The notes under the pieces: model-generated
Told to the model about the DNA's origin: nothing
The model's database searches: none
Seen by the model: only the letters and a program-made list of their open reading frames with translations
Assembly: GCA_963815195.1 (NCBI GenBank)
Contig: CAWFGE010000012.1
Coordinates: 960,001-1,024,000 of the forward strand
DNA length: 64,000 nucleotides
From: an uncultured Planctomycetaceae bacterium
GTDB taxonomy: Bacteria; Planctomycetota; Planctomycetia; Planctomycetales; Planctomycetaceae
Direction of reading: 5' to 3'
Position numbers and translations under genes: made by a program
Part shown: positions 1 through 9,867 of the stretch, one piece after another
Layout: each line of letters opens with the position of its first letter
How positions within the stretch are numbered: position 1 is the first letter of the stretch

Positions 1-1023
1 CAAACCCGGCGATACGAAAAACCCCGAAGCCGCCGCCCGGGAAAATCGCGCAGGATCGAGACCTTTGCGGAGGAGATTCGGGATCGGCCGGAAATCCGCA
101 AGATCATCTCCACCGCCGAGTGGCAGGAACGGCTCGCGAATTGGGACCAGGTTCGGCGAGAAGCCCAAGACCGGTGCACGCAGGCGGCGGCGAATTTTCA
201 AATTGCCGAGGCCAGCCGGGAGTTCAAGAAGGCCGCGGCGTATTACGCGCGGTCCGTCGCATTTAGCAAGGTGTTCCGAAACTGGCTCGACGACCGGGCT
301 CACCAGGACACCTACCGCGTGACGTTTATGGTTTACGATCCCGGCACCGGGTTTCGGCCGCTGTTGGACGATGTCCGCGCCCATCTCCCCGAAGACCGCT
401 TCGACTGCTTCTACACCGGGACGGCTGCCAGCGTCGCGGTGCTGTCGGAACAACTCATGGGAGGCATCACGCGGGGGATGATCGCCGCGATGATCGCGAT
501 GGGCGTGGTCTGCCTGGCCCTGTTCCGCTCGGTCCGGCTGACTTTGATCGCGGTCGCTCCCAATGCCTTTCCCGTCTTGGTCGTGTTCGGGTTTATGGGG
601 CTGTTCGATATCCCGCTCAACTGCGGCTCGGCGATGGTCACCACGATCGCCTTGGGCGTGGGTCTCAACGATACGGTGCACTTCCTGATGCACTACCGCG
701 GCCGGCGATTGGAAGGCGCCACCACCGAAGCGGCCCTTCAAGGGACGTTCGGCGAGATCGGCCGGCCGATCATGTTGACCTCGGCCGTCAACTGCGTGGG
801 GTTCGGGATCTTTATGCTTTCGGACTTTCTGCCAATGGCCCACTTCGGATTGCTCGCAAGCATTGCGATGATCGCGGCGCTCATGGGCGACCTGGTGCTG
901 TTGCCCAACCTGCTGCGGTTGTTCGATCAGCGCGCCTGGGTGCCGGCGACCACGAAGAAAGACAACCTCGTCAACGTCCCGGCCATTGCGACGCTCGACC
1001 CGGTGCAGCAAGCCTCGGATTGA
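1..1023 (+). CDS. MMPL/RND-family transporter, C-terminal part (5' truncated by window)
   Basis: Multiple TM helices with an MMPL-type GLNDTVHF motif and 'GRPIMLTS...GFGIF..SDF' tail; ORF 271..1023, frame continues upstream. Confidence 0.8.
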   Translation, partial: QTRRYEKPRSRRPGKSRRIETFAEEIRDRPEIRKIISTAEWQERLANWDQVRREAQDRCTQAAANFQIAEASREFKKAAAYYARSVAFSKVFRNWLDDRAHQDTYRVTFMVYDPGTGFRPLLDDVRAHLPEDRFDCFYTGTAASVAVLSEQLMGGITRGMIAAMIAMGVVCLALFRSVRLTLIAVAPNAFPVLVVFGFMGLFDIPLNCGSAMVTTIALGVGLNDTVHFLMHYRGRRLEGATTEAALQGTFGEIGRPIMLTSAVNCVGFGIFMLSDFLPMAHFGLLASIAMIAALMGDLVLLPNLLRLFDQRAWVPATTKKDNLVNVPAIATLDPVQQASD

Positions 1024-1085
1024 GAATCGAGCCTCGTAAGTCGCATCGCTGACAGAGGCCAACCGATGTTCGGTCCAACAATCTC

Positions 1086-1246
1086 GGCTCTTCCGGCGAA
1101 TCGGGGGGTAGACGTGGATGATCTTTTTGTGTGATGATCAATGAATGAATGGAATGATGGATTTCGCCTGCCCAAGGGGAGGTGAAAGAGCACACAAGAT
1201 ATTCTTTAACACCGTCGTCGTTGCCCCCTCATTCGCCGGAAGAACC
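1086..1246. repeat. ~160 bp MITE-like intergenic element, copy 1 (complete, with imperfect terminal inverted repeats)
   Basis: Ends ggctcttccggcgaatcggggg / cccctcattcgccggaagaacc are inverted; related copies at 28715, 45484 and 47451. Confidence 0.85.
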
Positions 1247-1483
1247 ACAATCTCTGGCGGAATCTTTCCGCCGTGCCGAACCCGACGGGCGCACGTTGCA
1301 TCTATGGGATGAAACCCCGTGATTCATCGGAACGACGCGGCGGCTTCTCTACGGAGCCGTTTCGGCATTTTCGCCGGTTTCGCGGTTCGCTTCCGGAATG
1401 GTTTTGACAACCGTGGAAGCGCGGGCTTATGCTCTACGGAAGAAGAACCGTTTTAACCATCCCATTTGGAGGACTCGCATCGA

Positions 1484-1702
1484 ATGCTCCTCACTCATTG
1501 GTTGACGCTGTTTGAACGTGATTGGCAATTCGCTTTGGACGTTCGAACCAGCCGCGTGGGTAAAACTCCTTCACCTTCCGTCCTCTATCGCGGTAAGCAC
1601 AAAAACCCGGCAAAGCACCCTTTGCCCCCCGTTCCCCCCGCACCAGCCGCGAAACTCCCGGCCCACTGGAAAGCCCGCCGCCGGCAGTGCAATTCGACGT
1701 AG
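1484..1702 (+). pseudogene. Short ORF or remnant starting with an MLLxxWL leader like planctomycete secreted proteins
   Basis: GGAGG RBS then MLLTHWL..., resembling the MLLSDWL start of the 43497 protein; no following domain. Confidence 0.3.
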
Positions 1703-1712
1703 GAGGTTTTTG

Positions 1713-1945
1713 AGGGCCGAAGGCCCGGCCCTATGTCAGCCCAGGCCAAGCGCAGCGCCGGCCTGGGTTACGGATGATGGATGAAGCGCAAGCCCCAACG
1801 GGGCGGTCCTATACGGAATACTTGCAAGGGCCGATTGAACCACCTGCCGATCTTCGTTTTAGGACCGCCCCGTTGGGGCTTTGGGATCGTTCCCGCTGCC
1901 CAGGGCTTTCGCCCTGGGCTGACATAGAGCCGGGCCTTCGGCCCT
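1713..1945. repeat. Long nested palindromic REP-like element
   Basis: Outer arms 1713-1745/1913-1945 (32/33 complementary) and inner arms 1790-1811/1860-1881 (22 bp); partial copy at 24204-24230. Confidence 0.85.
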
Positions 1946-1979
1946 ATTTCGTAACTTGGAACGGTTGAGTTCTTCGGAA

Positions 1980-3353
1980 TCAATCGTTCCGCAGTTTGAG
2001 GCCTTTCTCGGTGAGTTTGGCGCGGATTTCGTTGAGCGAGGTCACGCCGAAGTTGCGGACGCCCAAGAGTTCGTCGGCGGTGCGGGAAAGGAGTTCGCCC
2101 ATGCCCGTGATGCCCAGCCGCGACAGGCATTTGCGGGCCCGCACCGAAAGGTTCAAATCGGTGACCGGCGCTTCCAGCATCGCCCGCTCTTGCGGGGAGA
2201 GATCCTGCGGCTGGTAGCTGGGCGTGGCGGGCTTGGTCGGCCGGGCAAATTGGCCGATGCCCAGGCCCCGCGTGGTGAGCATCTCCTGAATCTCCTTAAG
2301 CGAGGTTTCGCCGAAGTTCTTGCCCGCGAGGAGTTCCTCTTCGGTGACGCGGGTCAGATCGCCCAAGGATTCGATGCCCGCGCGTTCCAGGCAGTTTCGG
2401 CTGCGGGCGGAGAGTTCGAAATCGGTGATGGGCACGCTCATCACCTGGTCGAGTTCCCGCTGGCGGCGGACGGCTTCCTCGTCGTAGTACATGTCGCTCG
2501 AGGCTTCGATGTCCTTCAGATACAACAGGGCCCGCTCGTGGTTGGGATCGACGCCGAGCACCTGGCGGAAACAATACGCGGCCGCGGGGTAGTTCTCGTT
2601 GTCTTCGTAGAGGAGGCCCAGGTTGATGAGGCCTCCCAGAAAGAACGGCGGACGGGAGAGGCTTTGCTCGTAGAGTTTGATCGCTTCTTCATCGTTGCCG
2701 AGGAGGTTGTTTTCGTTCGCGAGCCGGTACAGGGCTTCGGTGTGGTGCGGATCGATATCGACCGCGCGCTCGAAGTGTTCGATGGCTCCGAACAGATCGC
2801 CCCGGTCGTCCCGCAGGCAGCCCATCTGGAACGAATACTCCGCCCGCGTCACGCCTTCGCGGCCGGTGGACTTGAGCACGGCCTCGGCTTCGTCCAGGTC
2901 GCCCGATTGGCGAATGGCTCCCGCCTTGAACAGGGCGCAGGTGACTTTATCGTACCCGTACTTGGCCGCCTGATCGTACGCCTTGGCCGCGTCCTCATAT
3001 CGGCCGAGGTTGAACAAGGCCCGGGCGCGGTAGAACTCGGCGAGGCTGTTTTTGGAAACCTCTTCCAAGACGTCCGCGGCCTGGCGATGCTGGCCGAGCA
3101 GATACGACACGATGCCCAACACCAGCAAATCGCGGTCGGATGCGAGGCCGCCTTTGCGTTTCGAGGCCAATTCGCCCACGCACTGCCGGACTTCCGTGAG
3201 GTGCGGTCCCGGGATGATGATTTGGATTTCCTCGACGTCCTCTTCGCCAAAGCCCGGTTTCTCCAGCATGATTTCCCGGATTTTGGGGGCGTCGGGGGTG
3301 GGGATAGTTTGCGTTGTCACAGCGTGATCTCCGGTACGTTCCGACGGATACAT
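1980..3353 (-). CDS. TPR-repeat protein with two C-terminal RNA polymerase alpha-CTD-like domains
   Basis: TPR helices followed by LSARSRNCL..GI..LGDL..EEELL.GKNFGETSL and LSVRARKCL..GI..GELL..DELL.VRNFGVTSL. Confidence 0.85.
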   Translation of the reverse strand: MYPSERTGDHAVTTQTIPTPDAPKIREIMLEKPGFGEEDVEEIQIIIPGPHLTEVRQCVGELASKRKGGLASDRDLLVLGIVSYLLGQHRQAADVLEEVSKNSLAEFYRARALFNLGRYEDAAKAYDQAAKYGYDKVTCALFKAGAIRQSGDLDEAEAVLKSTGREGVTRAEYSFQMGCLRDDRGDLFGAIEHFERAVDIDPHHTEALYRLANENNLLGNDEEAIKLYEQSLSRPPFFLGGLINLGLLYEDNENYPAAAYCFRQVLGVDPNHERALLYLKDIEASSDMYYDEEAVRRQRELDQVMSVPITDFELSARSRNCLERAGIESLGDLTRVTEEELLAGKNFGETSLKEIQEMLTTRGLGIGQFARPTKPATPSYQPQDLSPQERAMLEAPVTDLNLSVRARKCLSRLGITGMGELLSRTADELLGVRNFGVTSLNEIRAKLTEKGLKLRND

Positions 3354-3734
3354 GGAAACTCATTTCGCAGGGCCGGTCTTTGGCAGCGGGCGGACGAGAC
3401 AGAAATAGAATGAGGAGAGAAGATGGCGGATTGAGGAGAGAATTTACTTCGCCCTGATCCCGTCTGTACTCTCCTCAAACCTCTCCCTCCTCAACCGCTT
3501 TGCGAACAGATGATCACAAAGATCAACAGTTCGGTGAGGAGAATAAGTGTTGAACCGTAATCCGACCGCTGCCCGCAAGAACCTCTGCGTGCCCCGAAAC
3601 TCGCATTATTGTTCACCGGCCCAAAACTTGCAAGCATTCGGTTGACCCGGAGAGCCGAAGCCGATTCAATGGTTGGGGAACTTCGGGCCGACTTGCTCGA
3701 TCCTTGAATCTCGCCTTTAACCCAAACGGCCGCC

Positions 3735-5021
3735 ATGGCTTCCAAGGATCTCAATCCTCCCGTTCCGCCCGAGAGCCGGAACGGGTTGATGAAGCTCGTG
3801 GAAATCACGTGCGAACTGGCGGCTCAGCACGAGTTGGACGAGATTCTCCGCACCGTCACGCAGGGAGCGTGCGAGGCTCTCGATTGCGAGCGGGCAAGCT
3901 TGTTTCTCCTCGACGAGAACGGAACAGAACTGTTCACCCGCACGGTGACGGAGTTGGAGATCGAGGAAATTCGCTTTCCCGTCGAGCGGGGCATCGCGGG
4001 CTGGGTCGCGCAGCATCGGCAGCTGCTGAACATCCCTGATCCTTACGCGGATGAGCGGTTCAATCCCAGCTTCGATCGGAAAACCGGGTTTCACACGCGA
4101 AACATCCTCGCGGCTCCGGTGGTCTCGCCGCTCGACAACCGCACCGTGGGCGTTTTGCAGATTTTGAACAAGCAAGGCGGTTCGTTTGCGGAAACTGATC
4201 AGCGCGTGCTGGAAGCCTTTGCCGCCCATGCCGCGACTGCGCTCGAACGGGCCAAGCTGTTGTTGGAGGCAAAAAAATCCCAGGAATTGCGGTTGGCGAT
4301 CGAATTCGGGCGAAAGATTCAGGCGAGTTTTTTGCCGAGTTCGCTGCCGGAGGTGCCCGGCTATCAGATGGCCGCCTGGTGGCAACCGGCCGAATCGGTC
4401 AGCGGGGATTATTACGACGTGCTCCGGCTTCCCGACGGGCGGTGGGCCTTGGTGATCGCCGATGTCAGCGGGCACGGCGTGGGGCCCAGCCTGATCATGG
4501 CGTCCGCGCGGGCGATGCTCCGCGTGATGGCCGAAGCCGGCTCGGAGCCGAACGAAATCCTCTCGCTGTTGTCCGAGACGATTTATCCGGACCTGCAAGA
4601 CGGCCTGTTTATCACGTTTCTGATCATCGCCCTCGACCCGCAGACGCACGAACTCGTCTTCGCCAACGCGGGGCATGGACCGGTGCTGCATTACCATCGG
4701 CGGGACGATCGGTTCACCACGCTGGACGCGACCGGCCTTCCCGTGGGCGTTTTAGAGAAAATCCGCTTCCCGCCCGGCAAAGCCGTCACCCTGGACGCGG
4801 GGGATTGTCTGCTACTGATGACCGACGGGGCGTTTGAATTGCGAAACGCCGGAGAGGAACAGTTCGGCGTCGAGCGCTTGGAGCAATTGATCCGCGAGAA
4901 TTGCCAGCGCTCGGCCCGGGAAATCGTGGAGACGCTCCGCCACGCGATCTCGAGCTTCAATCCCGATCAACTTCCCCCGGACGACATCACGCTGCTGGTG
5001 CTCAAACGAAACGAAGAATAG
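3735..5021 (+). CDS. GAF-domain PP2C/SpoIIE (RsbU-like) phosphatase
   Basis: GAF motif (GIAGWVA, DERFNPSFDRKTGF) plus SGDYYD, IADVSGHG, NAGH, TDG and DDIT motifs. Confidence 0.9.
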   Translation: MASKDLNPPVPPESRNGLMKLVEITCELAAQHELDEILRTVTQGACEALDCERASLFLLDENGTELFTRTVTELEIEEIRFPVERGIAGWVAQHRQLLNIPDPYADERFNPSFDRKTGFHTRNILAAPVVSPLDNRTVGVLQILNKQGGSFAETDQRVLEAFAAHAATALERAKLLLEAKKSQELRLAIEFGRKIQASFLPSSLPEVPGYQMAAWWQPAESVSGDYYDVLRLPDGRWALVIADVSGHGVGPSLIMASARAMLRVMAEAGSEPNEILSLLSETIYPDLQDGLFITFLIIALDPQTHELVFANAGHGPVLHYHRRDDRFTTLDATGLPVGVLEKIRFPPGKAVTLDAGDCLLLMTDGAFELRNAGEEQFGVERLEQLIRENCQRSAREIVETLRHAISSFNPDQLPPDDITLLVLKRNEE

Positions 5022-5045
5022 CCGCAAGGATCCCATCACAAAGCC

Positions 5046-6839
5046 ATGACGGACCGTCCTCGACTTTTGCCCCGCATCTTCGCTGAGATCGCCGAGAGTG
5101 CGCCCGATCGGTTGCGGCGGAAGCTCGATAAGAATCCCACCGCGGCCAATGAGTGGGCCTGGTCCGCGGAGGGGGAGTGCTGGGTCGTCGACGCCGGCAA
5201 CGAGCAAGTCCGGCTGCAAACATCGGAGGCCACCGTGGTTGCCGTGGAGCACGTGTCTTGCAGTTGCCTGTTGAGTCCGCGGTGTTTTCATGTGCTCTCG
5301 GTGCTGTCGGTGCTCGAGTTATCGGATGCGGTTCCGGATGAAACGCCGGCCGGCGAAACCGAAACGGAACCGATCGAAACCGAAGCCCCCGCCGAATTGA
5401 CGGAAGAGCAAATCGCGGCGGCGCGATCGATGTGGAACGCGGCGTCGGCGATACTGGCGGTCGGAGCCCGGGCCGCCGGGACGCTGCTCCAATCGCAACT
5501 CTTGCGGGCGATCCATGAATGCCGCTGCCAAGGCCTCCACCGTTTGGCGGCGGCGGGTCTGCGGGGGATGCAAAACATCCGCTTGCTCCGCGAGAACACC
5601 GACACGTTTCGCAGCGAGGAATTGCTCGGCGATTTTACGGAACTCTTGCGGGTCGCGTGGACGTTGAGCCATGCCGAGGAAGCCCCCGATCGGGAGTGGC
5701 TGGGCGTGGCCCGGCGGACGTTCGCTCCCGCCGGTTCTTTGAAGCTCGAAGGCTTATTCACCGAGCCGATCCTGACGCGGAGCGGCTACAGCGGCGTGGC
5801 GACTTATCTTCTGGCCGACGATGACACGATCTCCAGCGTGAGCAACGTCCGCCCGGGAACCGCGGAACGGATCGCGGAAGCCTATCACACGGGAGCCGAC
5901 CTGGGCGGGTTGTCCATTCCGCATCAGATGCTGAATCGGCAAGCAATGCTGATGCAGAAAGCCACGCGGTCGCCGGACGGCCGGTTGGGCGGCGGCAAGG
6001 ACTGCCGGGCCGTGACGACGGATTCCGCCGGCTGGGACGAGGGGCCGATCGCCCGGCGGTTTCAGATCCAACTCGCCGCACAAGTCGGCCGCGTGTTCGC
6101 AGCCGACGAACTCGCCTACACCGAGCAGCCGGCGGGGTGGGATTTGTTGTTTCTTGAAGGAATGATTCTCGGCAGCGACGGGGAGAACCTTTTCCTTCAG
6201 TTAAACGATGACCAGGCGATCCTCCGCTTGAAGATCGCGGGCGATCATCCGGCCCTCGTGTTTCGGGAAAACCTGGAACTCTTGGCCCGCGTGCCGGGGT
6301 TGGCGGCGCGGTTTATCGCGAGGATGCTGCTGAGCGACCCCGGCGATGCGTTGGCCTTGGCGATGGCTCCCGTGTTTTCCGAGGAATCTCCGTCGCCTTG
6401 CCGATTGCCCGACAAATGGCGCGGGCATGCGAATTTGGGAATCGACACGTTGCAGCGCGGTTTTTTTCAATCCGCCGCGCGTCAGCCGCACGTCATCGCC
6501 TCGCCCCATGCCCGCGAACGCATTGCGGACGGGTTGGATTTCGTCCGCCGGCGACTCACGGCGGTGGCGTTGGGGGGCCGGCATGCGCTGCCCACCGGGC
6601 GCGTGGGGAAAGCCGTGTCCGATGCCCGGACGCTCGATGCGAACCTCCAACCCGCGGCGGCGGGTTTGCTCAAGGGTCTAACGCAATGCGCGATCGAAAG
6701 CCAAACCGACCTCTTGGGCGTTCGCTTTCCGCCCAATCCCACGCATCTCGCCCAGCGCTGGCTCGCCGGGGCCGTCTACGAAGAAACCGCCCGCCGGCAT
6801 TTCCAGAAATGGAGCTGGCTGAATCACACGAGCCGGTGA
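5046..6839 (+). CDS. SWIM zinc-finger-containing protein
   Basis: CSCLLSPRCFH (CxC-x-CxH) near the N-terminus, then a helical GLHRLAAA region. Confidence 0.7.
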   Translation: MTDRPRLLPRIFAEIAESAPDRLRRKLDKNPTAANEWAWSAEGECWVVDAGNEQVRLQTSEATVVAVEHVSCSCLLSPRCFHVLSVLSVLELSDAVPDETPAGETETEPIETEAPAELTEEQIAAARSMWNAASAILAVGARAAGTLLQSQLLRAIHECRCQGLHRLAAAGLRGMQNIRLLRENTDTFRSEELLGDFTELLRVAWTLSHAEEAPDREWLGVARRTFAPAGSLKLEGLFTEPILTRSGYSGVATYLLADDDTISSVSNVRPGTAERIAEAYHTGADLGGLSIPHQMLNRQAMLMQKATRSPDGRLGGGKDCRAVTTDSAGWDEGPIARRFQIQLAAQVGRVFAADELAYTEQPAGWDLLFLEGMILGSDGENLFLQLNDDQAILRLKIAGDHPALVFRENLELLARVPGLAARFIARMLLSDPGDALALAMAPVFSEESPSPCRLPDKWRGHANLGIDTLQRGFFQSAARQPHVIASPHARERIADGLDFVRRRLTAVALGGRHALPTGRVGKAVSDARTLDANLQPAAAGLLKGLTQCAIESQTDLLGVRFPPNPTHLAQRWLAGAVYEETARRHFQKWSWLNHTSR

Positions 6840-6847
6840 TGGAGCCG

Positions 6848-8406
6848 TTATCCCGGATACTCCGCGACATACACGGCTTTGACTTGGGTGTAATCCAGAA
6901 ACGTGTCTTCGCAGTTCACGCCGCCGCCCGGTCCGCCGGAGATCCCCTGCCCGCCGTAGGGCAAACCGTAGGCGATCGAGTTGTGGCAATTGACCTGGCA
7001 GGTCCCATCGCGGAATTGCTTGGCGAGGGCGACGCCGCGGTCCAGGTCTTTCGTCCACACGCTGGAGCCGAGGCCGTAAGGCGAACTGTTGGCGAGTTGG
7101 ATGGCTTCCTCAGCCGAGCCGACGGGACAAATCGTGGCGAAAGTGTGGAAGACTTCCTTGGGATTGCATTCGATGCCGGGCGATGTGCGGTACAAGGCCG
7201 GCTTCACATAATAACCCCTCCGTCCCGCAACTTCCGCGACGCCGCCGGCGAGCAACGGCTCACCGCCGCGAAGGGCCGTTTCCATTTGGGCTTTGAGGAT
7301 TCGCTCCCGCTGGGTGGGATTGACGACGGCCCCCAACTGAGTGCCGGCGTCGGCCTGGTAGCCGATCTTTAGCCCGCTGAAAAACGACCGCTGGGCCTCG
7401 ATGAAATCGTCCGCGATTTTCTTGTCCACAAACACGCGGTGGATCGTGCAGCAGGTCTGGCCGAAGTGCTGGTTGGTGTAGCGGCCGATCATGCGGGCCA
7501 CGAGTTCGGGGTCGGCATCGTCCAAAACGATCGCAGCGCCGTTGCCGCCCATTTCGCGCTTCATCCGCGTGCCGTGCCGATCGCAGGCGCGGAGAATCGC
7601 CTGCCCGATTTCGGGCGAGCCGGTGAAGGAAATAAACCGCACGCCGGGATTCTCAGCAATCGCATGCCCGGTGATCTCGCCGCGCCCGGGCAGCACGTTG
7701 ATCACGCCTGGCGGAAAGCCGGCTTCCTGGGCAAGCTTGCCGATGTAAAGCGCCGAGAGCGGCGTGTCTTCCGCGGGTTTGATCAAAACCGAGTTCCCCG
7801 CCAAAATCGCCGGGAACATAAACCACGAGGTGAGCACGATCGGATAATTCCAGGGAATGATCCCCGCGACGACGCCCCAAGGCTCGCGGTGCGTGAAACC
7901 TTGGACGCCCTCGGCCACTTGCATCCGGGCCGTGTCGCCTAAGGGGATTTTCTTCGCCACGCCGCAAAAATACTCGGCACATTCGCGAATCTGCGTGAAG
8001 TCGCCCTCGGCGAGTTCCGAGACTTTGCCGCCGTCGCGAATCTCGCACGCCAAGAGCACATCGCGGTCCCGGTCGCAGAGCTCGACGAGTTTTTTCACCA
8101 AAGCGATTCGCTCGTCGACGGGCGTGTCTTTCCAGCCCTTCTTGCCATCGCCGTGATAAGCCCGATCGCCGGCTTCGACGGCGCGGTCGACTTCCGCCTG
8201 GCCCATTTCAGAGACTCGCGCGAGCACCTCTTCCGAACCGGGATCGACGGTTTCAAACGTGGCGTTCATCGAGCCGGCGACGCTTTCGCCGCCAATCAGC
8301 CCGCCCAACGGCTTCCCGCCGTTTTGACAAAACTTCGTTGAACTTGTCCGGGCGTGGTGAATGCCGACGCAGTGAGGGCTTGTATTTCAGCAGGAGCGAT
8401 CGACAT
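6848..8406 (-). CDS. Aldehyde dehydrogenase family protein (5' end apparently frameshifted; intact ORF 6848..8308)
   Basis: IIPWNYP, KPAEDTP, FTGS, EMGG and GQTC motifs; probable true ATG at 8406 behind an aggag RBS. Confidence 0.85.
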
Positions 8407-8519
8407 GGAATTTCCTCCTTCGGAAAAGCCGAGGCAAATGATGCAAAGAGTGGGGAACTGCCTGCATTATTCAAAGACCGGCCGCATCTCGCAACCACGC
8501 TGGCGATCGCACGAGGCGC

Positions 8520-9422
8520 GTATTGAATCCGCAGCATGCGGCGGGTGAGAAAGCTCGTGAGGGCCGCGTCCAGGGACATGTCCGTCCTGAGGAGAATGTA
8601 ATCCATCGACAAGTCCCGGCAGCCGCGTTTAACCTCCGTCAGAAAACTTTCAAATTCCTTTTGATAGGCTTTGCGAAGCGCGCGGGGTTCGGTCATTTGT
8701 TGCGGCAGTCCCTCCAGGCCTTTGAACAGCGTGGGATCCTGGAAGGGGAAATCCTGCTCGGCGGGATCGATGATGTGCATCACGCTCACATCGTGCCGGC
8801 GGTGCTTGAAATGCTTTAAGCCCTTCATCAAGGAATCCACATCGTCGAACAAGTCGCTCAGAATCAGCACCAGGCCCCGCTTGCGGATCCGCTCGGCCAG
8901 ATCGTGAAAGATCGGCCCCATCGAGGTTTCCCCCTCCGCGGGCGTTTGCTCCATCAGGTGAAACAACTGCTTGAGATGCGCGGGCTGACTGGAAGCTTTG
9001 AGGAAGTTGGAGACCTCGCGGTCAAACGTCGCCAGGCCCGCGGCGTCCTGCTGGCGAATCACCAAATAAGCCAGCGCGGCCGCGATGTATTGGGCATATT
9101 CCAATTTGGACACCGCCGCCTGGTCCGACTGGTACTTCATGGATTCGCTGGTGTCGAGCAGCAAGTAGCAGGCGAAGTTGGTTTCCTCCTCGTACTGTTT
9201 GAGATAAAAGCGGTCCGTCTTCCCGAAGACTTTCCAATCGACATACCGGAGATCGTCGCCCGGCACGTATTCCCGGTGCTCCGCAAACTCCACGGAAAAG
9301 CCGTGATAAGGACTTTTATGCAGCCCCGCCACATAGCCTTCCACAATCAACCGGGCCTTGAGATCAAGCCCTTTGAGCTGCGAAAGCGTTTTGGGATCGA
9401 GATATTTTTGAATATCGTTCAT
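8520..9422 (-). CDS. DUF58 (vWA-like) MoxR-associated protein
   Basis: G.H.S..HG.SVEF.EHREY.PGDDLRY.DWK, LDTSESM and ILSD motifs; natural end near 8520 with the stop apparently lost by an indel. Confidence 0.9.
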
Positions 9423-9447
9423 ATGGTTAGCCGGGAGGGCGGTTAAT

Positions 9448-9867
9448 CTAGGCAGTCATGCGATCGATAAGTTCACGTTTCGTCTCAGGATCCACGTGAA
9501 TCACTGGGATGTCGATCGTCTCGTTAAGCGAAGACACATCCGGATGATCGCAGGGCCATGCGTAATAGAGTTGATTTTCTTTTACGTCAATGACAAGCAA
9601 CAGGACGGGAATATTCGAGTTGGCCAACAGGTTGTGTACTTTCGCTGGTATCTTGAATTCCCCGTTGACTGGCCGTTCCGTTGACTTCACCTCGACAGCG
9701 AAGGTGTTCATTCCTCCCCGCGGATTCTGAAAGCCGACAAAGAAGTCATACAGAAAATCCGACACCGTCGCCTGCGCAACGAACCGCGGTTCCAGTTCTT
9801 GAAGAAACAATTCCGCCAACAATTCCGCCCGGCGCCTGGCGTGCTCAATTTTGGTTTGTTTTGTCAT
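9448..9867 (-). CDS. DUF4365-like PD-(D/E)xK protein
   Basis: YDF..F...FAVEVKST and IPVLLLVID.K.NQLYYAW; ATG overlaps the upstream stop (ATGA at 9864-9867). Confidence 0.65.
   Translation of the reverse strand: MTKQTKIEHARRRAELLAELFLQELEPRFVAQATVSDFLYDFFVGFQNPRGGMNTFAVEVKSTERPVNGEFKIPAKVHNLLANSNIPVLLLVIDVKENQLYYAWPCDHPDVSSLNETIDIPVIHVDPETKRELIDRMTA

Noticed and set aside
1956..3413. 485 aa plus-strand ORF
   Set aside because: Antisense shadow of the TPR-alphaCTD gene.
8253..8520. C-terminal extension of the DUF58 protein over the ALDH start
   Set aside because: Likely a lost stop codon; the extension overlaps the next gene's RBS and N-terminus.
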